DNA from: Schizochytrium sp. TIO01 | Taxonomy: Eukaryota > Protista > Bigyra: Labyrinthulomycetes | Assembly (NCBI GenBank): GCA_004764695.1 | Contig: SMSO01000032.1 | Span: 4,620,483 to 4,684,482 of the forward strand | Direction: 5' to 3' | DNA length: 64,000 nt | Shown: positions 1-9,872 of the stretch, in pieces | How positions within the stretch are numbered: position 1 is the first letter of the stretch | Layout: every line of letters begins with the position of its first letter | Made by a program: the position numbers and the translations under genes | Notes under the pieces: generated by a model | Told to the model about the DNA's origin: nothing | Database searches by the model: none | Seen by the model: only the letters and a program-made list of their open reading frames with translations

Positions 1-2411
1 ACACGGCGTTGAGCACGTATCATATACCAGAACCTCTGAATGTGTTCAGCAGAGTAGTTTGCTAGAATTCGCCACTCCTCTGCGCGGCGTCTCCCAATCC
101 AACCCCTAATAAATCGTTGTAACGTCAAAATATGGTGCTCAGCACGAAACGCTGCTCGCAGAATTTTGGGATGGTGCTTTGCTCGGTAAATTCTTTGCAG
201 CGTGATTGCAACAGCTTTCATTTTTTGTCGATGGGACCACATAGAAACTTGGATTGGTTCGTTTTGGTTTCCGGCAGGATTGTATCGTAATGCGCCTCGG
301 CGGTTATTTGAGTCTGCGTCATATCCAGGGTTTTGCGGAGTGCCCTTTCTTCTGTCACGCACTGCCTTTTGTTCTGCTTGAAACGCAGTCTTGCGTGCTA
401 ACTCTTTTGCTTCAGAACTTAACCCTTTGAAAAAATGTCGAAATCGCTTACGCGGCAATTTGCGATCCTCATTCCTTGCATCCCGATCCTCTTCTTCATC
501 ACTTTCTTCCACAAGCTTTCGCATTTCTTTAATTGTTGCGGGCTTCTTTTGCTTTTCAACTTTCGACTGGTCTCTTCCTACCCTTTTACGCATTTGTTCT
601 GGCAGCTGCTGAGGCCCAGACGCTGTGCGGGGAAGACCGTCTCGAGCACAGATGCTCACGGAAACAGGGAGAGAGGTAAGAAGGGGTAGCTGGCGTACGT
701 GTTGACCCATGTATGAGACTTTCGCCATTTGGCTTATTGGTTCGTGGATTTGAAAAGGCAATAGAGACGTGCAGTGGTATCGCAGAATATTCCAAATATA
801 GGCGTACTTGCGTAAGAAATCGGACCCTTCCAAGTTGTTCGATTCAACGCTGATATCCAGATGTGTAACGAGTAAATTGGAATTTAACACAGATTCCATG
901 GTCGCACAGAGCTCAGGATGTGGCCGAGGTGGAATTCCGACTAATCCAAGGTCTCGTCGTCGCATTGCTGACTGAACAGCCTGCTCTGCAAGCTTTTGAG
1001 ATTTGAATGTTCCAACAAACGATTTAGTCCAACCGAGCCTTTTCTCAGATCCAGGAGGTGCATGGTCCAGCTTCATGATTCGAACTTCAAAAGCGCTACT
1101 CATTTTGCTTTTTTCGATTGAGTTCCATGCTGCTCGCCTTGCGCCCATGTAGAAACGTGTAGCAGCTCGAATACTGAGATTACGCACTGCCACTGTTGCA
1201 TGCGTTGCAGGTGGAAACCATGACAAGCCTTGGCCAGGCCACCAAACAGATATAGTCTGCGTTTTGATAATGTCTAAAAGCTCTTGCTCAATTGCACGTT
1301 CGAGTAGCTGCGAGGGTGTAAGGTCTTCCTCTTGGGAAGAAGAAAGCTTCATTGACCTTTTTGAGCCTCCTTTTGAACGAAGTTTAGCCCGAGACGAAAG
1401 TCTCTTCACCAGCTTAGGCTTCGACGATATTTGAGACAAACTAGTTTTATCTTCATCAACGCGATACGAGTTATGGTCTTCATCGCTGAGCTCAATATCA
1501 ACAGCCTCGTCGCTATTGTCATCTTCGCACATATTGTCATCACAGCTGTCAGCATCAGTATGATCACCAACGTTGCTGGTATCATTATTGTCACTAATGT
1601 TTTCATCTTCGTGGTTGGTCCTTTCTCCTACAAGGTTCTGATTTCCATCACTCTTATCTTCGAAGAGGTCTGAATTTAATGAGTCATCGATTTCATTGAT
1701 TTTTTCTTGACCAAAGATTGACTCATGATCCATCTGGCTTAATGATTTCTGTGACACTTCCTCCTCGGGCTTTTCTGTTTTTGAATGCTGTTGGTTCCCT
1801 GACAGAGCACTATTTGCTTCGGTTTGCAATGTTCTATTGTGCAAAGTATTGGTTTGAGACGCTGGGTTATCCACAAGGCAAGTTAACTCCGAGGCTTGCA
1901 TTTCAGGAAGAGTATCTGGCTGGTAAGGGCTAGACAGCTCGGTATACTTGTCTTGAAGCTTAGTATCAAGTTTCACAAAACGCAGAAGCGGAGTTTGCGG
2001 AAGGTCTGAGTGTGTTACACTGCTCAAAGCGCGCAAAGTTGCCGAGTGAGAGAAGCCTTGGACTGATTGGTTACCAATGGCTACTAGGACCGACCCAGGG
2101 TTCAAGTAGCCCATTGTGTCATCAGAACCATCATCTGGCTCCTTGTTCTCAGATCCCATCATTCGTTCTTGTCTTCTCGGTACTTTTGATACTACAAGAG
2201 CCCGTTCTTGCTGGTCCCAGACCATGTGCAGGCCTACGTGATCCCCGATTGGCTCAACATCGATGTGGGTCCCGTCAGAGGCAACAATGCGAAGGTAGCT
2301 TTCTGACTTTTCGTCATTTTCTGTAGTGTCCTTGTAATCCTGTGCTCGGCTTTGTCGCCGTCGCCTTCGAGGTCTTCGCCGCCGCTTGACCTCCCCTCCT
2401 CCTTCGTCCAT
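1..2411 (-). CDS. IQ-motif (calmodulin-binding) protein with a PDZ-like N-terminus; C-terminus runs off the left edge
   Basis: Hand translation from ATG 2411 (MDEGGGEVKRRRR...) stays open to base 1 (>800 codons). IQ motifs: TLQRIYRAK, TLQRFIRGWIGRR, HIQRFWYMIR. PDZ-like segment: LVVSKV...LNPGSVLVAIGNQSVQGFSHSATLRAL. Confidence 0.85.
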   Translation of the reverse strand, partial: MDEGGGEVKRRRRPRRRRRQSRAQDYKDTTENDEKSESYLRIVASDGTHIDVEPIGDHVGLHMVWDQQERALVVSKVPRRQERMMGSENKEPDDGSDDTMGYLNPGSVLVAIGNQSVQGFSHSATLRALSSVTHSDLPQTPLLRFVKLDTKLQDKYTELSSPYQPDTLPEMQASELTCLVDNPASQTNTLHNRTLQTEANSALSGNQQHSKTEKPEEEVSQKSLSQMDHESIFGQEKINEIDDSLNSDLFEDKSDGNQNLVGERTNHEDENISDNNDTSNVGDHTDADSCDDNMCEDDNSDEAVDIELSDEDHNSYRVDEDKTSLSQISSKPKLVKRLSSRAKLRSKGGSKRSMKLSSSQEEDLTPSQLLERAIEQELLDIIKTQTISVWWPGQGLSWFPPATHATVAVRNLSIRAATRFYMGARRAAWNSIEKSKMSSAFEVRIMKLDHAPPGSEKRLGWTKSFVGTFKSQKLAEQAVQSAMRRRDLGLVGIPPRPHPELCATMESVLNSNLLVTHLDISVESNNLEGSDFLRKYAYIWNILRYHCTSLLPFQIHEPISQMAKVSYMGQHVRQLPLLTSLPVSVSICARDGLPRTASGPQQLPEQMRKRVGRDQSKVEKQKKPATIKEMRKLVEESDEEEDRDARNEDRKLPRKRFRHFFKGLSSEAKELARKTAFQAEQKAVRDRRKGTPQNPGYDADSNNRRGALRYNPAGNQNEPIQVSMWSHRQKMKAVAITLQRIYRAKHHPKILRAAFRAEHHILTLQRFIRGWIGRRRAEEWRILANYSAEHIQRFWYMIRAQRR

Positions 2412-3503
2412 GGCTCTTCTGATCGAAGGCCAACACAACTGTGTCTTGATTTTACGCTCATATGCTCACTCGCTCCCCATTCCTGTCCCGCTTCTATCAC
2501 TACATGCGCCAATCGACCCATTCCTACTTATTAAAAGATGCGTTGAATAACGTGCACTCACATTCCATAAGGCTCGTTCGAACGCGCATTCTTTTCTCTT
2601 TTCATTTTCTTTTCATCTTTTTTAAAAAATTAAAAATAAATTAAAAAAACTCTTAATCTCATCTCTAGAGGTAGGCATTCTCATCATTAACTACTATGAC
2701 TAAATACTATTTTCTCGCTGCGGTAAAATAAAGCAATCATTAATGTAAAGTATATCCCAAAAGGGATTGCTTTGGCTTTGATCTGGGTTTTACTCAGCCA
2801 AAAGTTGATCAAAAGTAACAATTGTCCAATGGTAAAAGTGGGGCACACGCCCGAATATTCATTTTAAGGAATGAACTTGAATGAGCCTGAATAATTTGGG
2901 ATGCACCTCTCTGTGCAGGTTTTCGAACACTCGTCCGTGCAAATCGATGCATGGATGTGGCGACGCCTGCACTGAGTGTCAAGAGCTATGCGTCGCTGGC
3001 AGGATGATGGCCGGTCTCGAAAACTTCTTTTCCATGAGTTTCTCGTCTCTCGAGATTCGGGCCACGGCGATATGCCGCGCGATTCTCAAAGCCCACAATT
3101 CGTGCAGCTAGAGAAGTACATCAAACCATGCGAATTCGAGGACGTCGAAATTGAGCCCCAAATGTACCTGCGAGTGGAAAGACATTACTGCATCATCTCC
3201 TCATGCTCGCCATCCATACCAGACAGGCTAATTTTCCCAAAGACTTAAAGAGCTCCATCGCTCCCAGGTGAGCAAGCATGCATGCATGCATGTAAGCAAG
3301 CAAGCAAGCAAGCTAGCAATGGGTAAACGCGCCAGTGAATCGATGAAAGCCATGCCCAAGCATCTAAGATAGAAAGATACCTAGTACCTACCTCAGCCAG
3401 TAAAACGAACAGGAAGAGCTCCGAAGAAGTATCGTGATGACAGTTTGGGAAATAAGCGCACACAGTTATGCACGTGCACACCCCATATCTATCTACCCAT
3501 CTA

Positions 3504-3545
3504 TCTGTTAGTCTGTTAGTCTGTTAGTCTGTTAGTCTGTTAGTC
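3504..3545. repeat. (TCTGTTAG)n tandem repeat
   Basis: About five copies visible directly. Confidence 0.9.
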
Positions 3546-4085
3546 ACTACAGGTGTACTACTCCCATGGGTGCACACAGACTGACTTCGACTCCTGCGTT
3601 GAGCAGCACAGCACAGCATCCATCCATCCATCTATGATCGATCTCACTGCATTGATTTGATCGACTGAGTGAGTGAGTGAGTGAGGGAGGGAGGACTAGC
3701 AGGGCATAGCCGGGTGCTAGTAAGTAGCAGTGCCTAGGCCGACGGCTAGGAGGGCCAAGTGCTCTCTTCAGAGAAGGAGAACCGAAGAACTCGAATGCGT
3801 TCACTTCCGTTGTGCTCATTGAGGCGGCGAAGGAGGAGGCGGCGAGACTGGGAGCTGACGGGACCTGGGCTCTCTAGCTAGGCAGAATTGGGGCACTTGT
3901 TTCGGGCTTTCTTTGCGCGTTTGGGAAGGGGGGTGAGTATGGAGACTGCCGATGGAGGTTCGGTTATTGCGATGTTCAATCAACAGCTTTGGGCGGGCGA
4001 GTTCTGTGGTTGAGCGAGGCCAAAACGAGCGCAGAGAGGACTGACTCTTCAGATTGTCTACAGACCTGCTCGCTTGCTCGCTTGC

Positions 4086-4763
4086 CTAGCTCGTCCAGTT
4101 GTCGGCTGGCTCGCTGGCTGGCTGGCGCCCATGATCACAGGCAGCCGAAGCTCCAGAAAGCCGACGACCTCGACCTAAGCAAAGGAACCCATCCCCGCCA
4201 TCATCCTCGTTGTCGTCGTCCTCGTGGTGGTGGTGGTGGTGGTGGTGCCAGTTCTTGCATGACATGCAAGAAGAGCTGCTTGCTTGTCCATCAATCTGCG
4301 GACCGTGCCCGACACCAAGGTACCCCCGCGTGCTTTCTTGGACTGCCTTCGGGAGAGTGGCCGAGCTTAACTTTGCGCGCAAGGCGACCAGCATCTGCGC
4401 CTGGGTTGCCTCGTCTTCGCTGGCCCGCTTGGCGTACGCAGCGGCAATTGCGCTTTCCACTTTGTGCATTGGTCCGCGCTGCGATCGCTCTCGCGGCCTC
4501 GGTCGACTGACTTCCCCAAGCTCGATACGCTCGTGGCGGTGGCATTGGACTCTGCTGCAGCGCAATGGTGCCGAAGCAAAGCACTGCTGGACCTGGCCAG
4601 GATCATGTGCAGTGAGTGCAATTGCGAGATTACCCGAACGATGGCCAAACGATGGCCAAATGTCGTGCCTCAGGTGCACGTGGTTAGTTTGCCTCTCAGA
4701 GGGCCTCGTGTTCCTCTGTAGAGAGTGAGACAAAATGCCGCTTTTGATGAGGTACTCACTCAC
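4086..4763 (-). CDS. Possible hypothetical protein or exon with a His8-acidic tract
   Basis: 225-codon ORF in a GC-rich island. The C-terminal half looks protein-like but no family motif is recognisable. Confidence 0.2.
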   Translation of the reverse strand: MSEYLIKSGILSHSLQRNTRPSERQTNHVHLRHDIWPSFGHRSGNLAIALTAHDPGQVQQCFASAPLRCSRVQCHRHERIELGEVSRPRPRERSQRGPMHKVESAIAAAYAKRASEDEATQAQMLVALRAKLSSATLPKAVQESTRGYLGVGHGPQIDGQASSSSCMSCKNWHHHHHHHHEDDDNEDDGGDGFLCLGRGRRLSGASAACDHGRQPASEPADNWTS

Positions 4764-4979
4764 TACCTGGCACTACTTTACAATTTATGTGTTACTGACT
4801 GTGGACAAGTGTTTCAGTATTCGTGCAGGGCCAGCCAGGTTAAAGGTATCTATCTATCTATCTTTATGTGAATTTGTAATTGGGATTGGTTGTGTATTCA
4901 CATTAGCGCTTCTGCGGAAGGCAAGGTACGCGCTGTCCGCGTCCCCCCCGCTCGAATTGACTCGATCCATCACCGATGT

Positions 4980-5385
4980 GTTTATTCATTTATTCATAAA
5001 TGATTTATTTATTAATGTATTTATAAATAAATGATTTATTTATGAATAAATAAATGATTCATTCATTCATCCATTCATTTATTCATTTATTCATTTATTA
5101 ATTTATAACTCATGTATTTATTTATTCAGCCATCTACTTATTCATTTATTCATTTATTCATTTATTCATTTATTCATTTATAACTCATGTATTTATTTAT
5201 TCAGCCATCTACTTATTCATTCATTCATTCATTCATTCATTCATTCATTTATCCAGTTACTTATCCATTTACTTGTTCATTCATTCATTCGATTTTAATT
5301 TGATTCATTCATTCATTCATTCATTCATTTATCTATTTGTTTGTTTGTGTGTGTTTGTGTGTTTGTGTGTTTGTTTGTTTGTTTA
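4980..5385. repeat. (ATTC)/(ATTT)/(GTTT) microsatellite block with a ~45-bp internal duplication
   Basis: ATTTATAACTCATGTATTTATTTATTCAGCCATCTACTTATTCATT occurs at ~5101 and ~5176. Confidence 0.9.
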
Positions 5386-5715
5386 ATTATCCCGAACCTT
5401 AATCTCACGCAGAGCCTGTTCCTGTTGGGCCTACTCCACCCCCACTCATTCTTTCATTACCTGCTAAGTGATACAGGCGAATAAGCAATTTTATAATCAT
5501 GGAAGATTTTTGTAATTCTAATCGATTAAAAACTAAAGCAGCGAAGTAAGCAGGTTCCTACTTACATAAACTAGCAATCTGAAGTCGCTCTTCGCCTACT
5601 GCTCTTGTTTTCTTCTTTTGGCCCTTCCAAGTCTCTTCTATCGCCTTCGAGCGAAAGAATTGTTTCAGGTTATTTGTTTATTTATTTGTTTATCTACCTC
5701 ATCTATTGCTTTTTG

Positions 5716-5755
5716 TTTCTTCTTCTTCTTCTTCTTCTTCTTCTTCTTCTTCTTC
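5716..5755. repeat. (TTC)n microsatellite
   Basis: Seen directly. Confidence 0.95.
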
Positions 5756-5936
5756 TCTCAGAAGCTCCTCTCGTTTTGTTGTTTAAAATGTTGGGAAAGA
5801 AAGATGATAAAAAATTGCAATGCAAAAAGTTAGTGGAGGGGGGGCACAACCTTAGGCAAGGCCAGACCTCGAACTGGAGCAGCTCGCTGCTCAACCAGCA
5901 GGCCTTCATCGCAGCAACATCCTGTGAATTGGCACC

Positions 5937-8900
5937 ATGTGTCGCCTCACTGCCTACACGGGGCCGTCGATGTGCATCGCAGACCTCGTTACCCGTCCCG
6001 AGCGCTCGGTCATTCGCCAGTCTTTCGACGCCCGCGAGCGTCTTGGCGGCAGTGGTGGAGAGGTCTACGATATCGGCGCCCTTAATGCCGACGGATTTGG
6101 ACTTGGCTGGTACTCCTCCTCGTCATCATCATCCGCTTCACCCTCGCCCTGCGTCTTCACCGACGTTGGTCCTGCCTGGAATAATCGCAATCTCGTTAAT
6201 CTCGCTAGCAAGACCTCAAGTTCACTAGTCTTCGCACACGTACGAGCTGCTGGCCCGGGCATGGGCATTTGCACCTGTAGCTGTCACCCTTTTGAATTCG
6301 GCCGCTTCCTGTTCATGCATAATGGCCAGGTCTCCAACTTTGGCGGAAACGTGCGTCGGTCTTTGTTGGCTGGGCTGCGGTTGGAGGCCTTCAATTTTGC
6401 GCTGCGCAACAGCTGCTCAGACTCAGCACTGGCTTTCGCAGTCTTCATTGATCAGCTAGAGGACGGACTGCAAGAGGTGTCTCCAGCGCAGCTGCAAAAC
6501 CTGTTGCAGGAGACTATCAGGAGGGTTTGCGCTGCATGTGATCGGGAGCCCGAGGGAGGTGTCTCGCTCCTCAACTTCGTCGTCAGCGACGGCAAGTCCA
6601 TGGCAGCTACAAGGTACGTGCACGTACACCCGAGCAATCCAAAAGAAGTTCACGATTCTGCAAGGGCAGCTTCGCTTTACTTTGGAGCGGGATCCAGGTT
6701 TGAGCCTGAGGAAGAGACCAGAAGACAGCCCTCAAACTCATTAACTATGGAGTCAGATGGTTGCAATGCAGCAAGCTGCGGGTCAGACTGCAGCAAAGCT
6801 GCCATTCGGAGGTATCGCATGGCAAGGACAGATGTACGTGATGAACTGGTTATCATCACATCAGAACCGCTTACGGAACGTCGGGCGGATTGGATCTCAA
6901 TTCCACAGAACCACTTGGTGCTCGTAAGCCCATCAAAGAATGTCCTCTTGTCACCTATTGTGCAGGATAAGGAGCGGTGCTCTCCCGCAAGGAGGGAAAA
7001 CGCAGCACAGTTCGAACGTGTATTAGAGCGCATGGCACTTGCAGGCAAGGCTCGTCCTTCGCTTCTTACCGCATCGCAGACCAGACAAGCATCCATGCGG
7101 AATGTTGATTGCAATGTTGTGACGACAACATCGCCCTCTAGCGCTATTCTTCTGAGTCAGGATTCACCATTAAACATACCTAGAGGCATGGGCTCTGGTC
7201 GCGGTTCTGCGTTTAACCTCTTTCTCACAGATCAAGATGTGTCGCCTTTGGCCCTGGCTTCTCTTGAAGACGAGCAAAACTCCATGTCTCCTTTCCCAGA
7301 ACACACAATGTCAGGGTCCCATGAATCTGCGCTGCTTACAATGGCCACGTACAAGCATTACCTATTCTCTGCAGACAGTGCAAGCCCAGGATACTTATGC
7401 GTGTGGGATCTATCCGTCTGGAAGCGGCTCGCCAAAGTCTCCATTGAGAACTCTGGCACATTTGCCACTTGCGTGGACTCTAACCTTATGCGCCTCTATG
7501 CGTCATGCAGTGACAACTCAGTCATCGTTTGGCAAATTGTAGAAACGGACAACTCAATAAGCCTCGAAGAGAAGTTCAAGATCTTCTTTCCTCCCATCGG
7601 ACACATTATCTCGCTTGCGCTCGATGAGAAACGCCAGATTCTCTTTACCGGTTCACAAGATGCATGCATGCGAGCGGTGAATCTCAGCATCGAGAATGAG
7701 GCACCGACGGGATCTACTTTTATGGTACAGGCCGAAAAACAGCATAACTGCGGCGTTGGTATGTGGAGGCACGTCCTTGTGGAAGGTAGACCCGAGGCAG
7801 GGTGGCGAGCTAGTGATATCTTTGTCACCTCACATCTGTCCTACATTCATCGCATTATTGTTTGCGAGAACTTTGTAGCTAGTGGTAGCAGTGACGGCGT
7901 AGTCAAAATTTGGGACCGTGAGTCTCTGAACCTTATCACTTCACTCGTGGGTCATCGTAGTCGGGTCATGTCACTTACAGCGGACGAAGATTCCAAGTCG
8001 CTTTTCTCAGGTGGGCTCGACGGAACGATTCGCGTCTGGGACATGGAGACTTTTGTGTGCCGCAGGGTTCTCATGTGTGGTAGCCCTGTTCTTTGCGTCA
8101 TGGTGGCGCGGGACACTCGCTCAATTCTGATTTCAAGTCACACTGATGAGTCTATCTCCGTCTGGGATCTCCAAACCATGCAGATAACGGACTCTTTCAG
8201 AAACAGATCGGGTCTGGTCTTCAATATGGGTTTGCCTGTTGTTAGTCCTGAAGATGAATCTTCTGTAAACTTGAGTAGACGCGTGAAATCACTTGTTGCC
8301 TGTGCTACATCAACAGGTGCTGTGGTCTCGTTTAACTTACATAAGATGCAGAAAACTGCGGTGCGACGCGGGTCCGGCTCATGGCGTCAGGGATCTGCTG
8401 CGTCCTCTATGGAACAACGTTTCTTGTCAGCTGAGAAAATCTTCAGCGAAGCATTGGCCCCGGATGAGCGTGGGGAAATCGACTTGGATGACGCGCTCTT
8501 GCAGTCTTTGCATGAGATTATTCGCATTCGTACAATTTCAGCCCACCCTGATTACCACGAGGAGTGTTTTTTCGGAGCCAAGGTTATTGCCAGACTTTGC
8601 GAAAAGGTTGGGTGTGCTGATGTAAAACTCTGTTATGATGAGGTAGAACGTACCGACGAAACTATCCCAATTCTCCCGGTGGTTCTAGCTACGCTAGAGG
8701 CCAATGCTGGTGTGGAAGATCCATCTACCCTCATTATTTATGGCCACTATGATGTTGTTGGAGCTGTTCGTGCAACCTGGAATACCGACCCTTGGGAAAT
8801 GATTGGTAAAGACGGATATTTATATGGTCGAGGTGTAACAGATGATAAGGGCCCATTGCTGGCCTGTTTATTTGCTGCCAAAGCAGTGCATGCAGCCGGG

Positions 8901-9872
8901 AACTTGCGCTGCAACGTCACCTTCATTATTGAAGGTCAGGAGGAAAGCGGATTGGGTCTGATTCAACGTGGTTTTGCTAATGTCATTCAGGCCAATTCCG
9001 AGTTTTTCCACAAACCTTGCGGTATTGTTATTTCTAATAACTACTGGCTTGATGACAAGCGTCCGTGCTTGACATACGGTATGCGTGGTGTGATTGATTT
9101 GGATGTTGAAGTCCAAGGCTCAGACAAGGATCTTCATGCAGGTGTGCATGGTGGGCCAATTTATGAGCCAGCGGACGACTTGATGGCGCTCATGTCCACC
9201 TTTTCTTCCTCCCCCAAATCCCTATCAGCAATTGAAGGCCTCGGAGATGATATCCGTGGTCTCGATCCTGCAGAAATTGAGAACTTTGAGCGCATTAATC
9301 TCAGTGTTAAACACTACACCAAAGAGGTTGGCGTCCCGAAGCTCCGCGTAGAAAACCCTACCTGTATTTTGGCTGCCCGATGGTGCGAACCTTCACTCTC
9401 CATCAGTAGCTTGACAACCTCCAATGCTGGTCAACATTTCCGTCGTATCCCTAAATCTTGTTCTGCTCGCCTAAGTCTGCACTTTGTGCCTGACCAAGTA
9501 CCTGAGAAATTGGTGGATGCACTTCGTAGGCACTTGGAGAATACTTTCCAGGAACGTGGGTCTGTCAACAACCTACAGATCACCGTGCGACAGGTTAGTG
9601 ATTGGTGGCTTGGTGACACTACGAGTCAGCTCTTTAAGGTTGCAGAAGCAGCGATTCAATCTACATGGGGTGTGCGGCCTCTCCTTGTTCGTGAGGGCGG
9701 TTCTTACGGTGGTATATCAGCATTTCTTGAGAGTGCCTTGTCTGCGCCGGTCTTGCACTTGCCCATGGGTCAAGCTACGGATAGTGCTCATTTGCCGAAT
9801 GAGCGAATTAGTGTAGAGAATTTGCTTCAAGGTAAGCGTGTTGTGGAAGCACTTTTGTCGCGCCTTGAATAA
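5937..9872 (+). CDS. Fusion of a Dug3/EgtC-type class II glutamine amidotransferase, WD40 repeats and a Dug2-like M20A peptidase domain (putative glutathione-degradation protein)
   Basis: GATase motifs: MCRL (Ntn Cys2), NADGFGLGWY, PAWNNRNL, LVFAHVRAA, CHPF..FMHNG, LLNFVVSDG, ITSEPLT. WD40 motifs: SGSSDGVVKIWD, GH...SGGLDGTIRVWD. M20 motifs: YGHYDVV, GRGVTDDKGP, EGQEESG, DLHAGVHGG, REGGS, DSAHLPNE. Confidence 0.93.
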   Translation: MCRLTAYTGPSMCIADLVTRPERSVIRQSFDARERLGGSGGEVYDIGALNADGFGLGWYSSSSSSSASPSPCVFTDVGPAWNNRNLVNLASKTSSSLVFAHVRAAGPGMGICTCSCHPFEFGRFLFMHNGQVSNFGGNVRRSLLAGLRLEAFNFALRNSCSDSALAFAVFIDQLEDGLQEVSPAQLQNLLQETIRRVCAACDREPEGGVSLLNFVVSDGKSMAATRYVHVHPSNPKEVHDSARAASLYFGAGSRFEPEEETRRQPSNSLTMESDGCNAASCGSDCSKAAIRRYRMARTDVRDELVIITSEPLTERRADWISIPQNHLVLVSPSKNVLLSPIVQDKERCSPARRENAAQFERVLERMALAGKARPSLLTASQTRQASMRNVDCNVVTTTSPSSAILLSQDSPLNIPRGMGSGRGSAFNLFLTDQDVSPLALASLEDEQNSMSPFPEHTMSGSHESALLTMATYKHYLFSADSASPGYLCVWDLSVWKRLAKVSIENSGTFATCVDSNLMRLYASCSDNSVIVWQIVETDNSISLEEKFKIFFPPIGHIISLALDEKRQILFTGSQDACMRAVNLSIENEAPTGSTFMVQAEKQHNCGVGMWRHVLVEGRPEAGWRASDIFVTSHLSYIHRIIVCENFVASGSSDGVVKIWDRESLNLITSLVGHRSRVMSLTADEDSKSLFSGGLDGTIRVWDMETFVCRRVLMCGSPVLCVMVARDTRSILISSHTDESISVWDLQTMQITDSFRNRSGLVFNMGLPVVSPEDESSVNLSRRVKSLVACATSTGAVVSFNLHKMQKTAVRRGSGSWRQGSAASSMEQRFLSAEKIFSEALAPDERGEIDLDDALLQSLHEIIRIRTISAHPDYHEECFFGAKVIARLCEKVGCADVKLCYDEVERTDETIPILPVVLATLEANAGVEDPSTLIIYGHYDVVGAVRATWNTDPWEMIGKDGYLYGRGVTDDKGPLLACLFAAKAVHAAGNLRCNVTFIIEGQEESGLGLIQRGFANVIQANSEFFHKPCGIVISNNYWLDDKRPCLTYGMRGVIDLDVEVQGSDKDLHAGVHGGPIYEPADDLMALMSTFSSSPKSLSAIEGLGDDIRGLDPAEIENFERINLSVKHYTKEVGVPKLRVENPTCILAARWCEPSLSISSLTTSNAGQHFRRIPKSCSARLSLHFVPDQVPEKLVDALRRHLENTFQERGSVNNLQITVRQVSDWWLGDTTSQLFKVAEAAIQSTWGVRPLLVREGGSYGGISAFLESALSAPVLHLPMGQATDSAHLPNERISVENLLQGKRVVEALLSRLE

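Noticed and set aside
5605-6228. 207-aa ORF with a poly-Leu 'TM' segment
   Set aside because: Translated (TTC)n microsatellite that overlaps the real gene out of frame.
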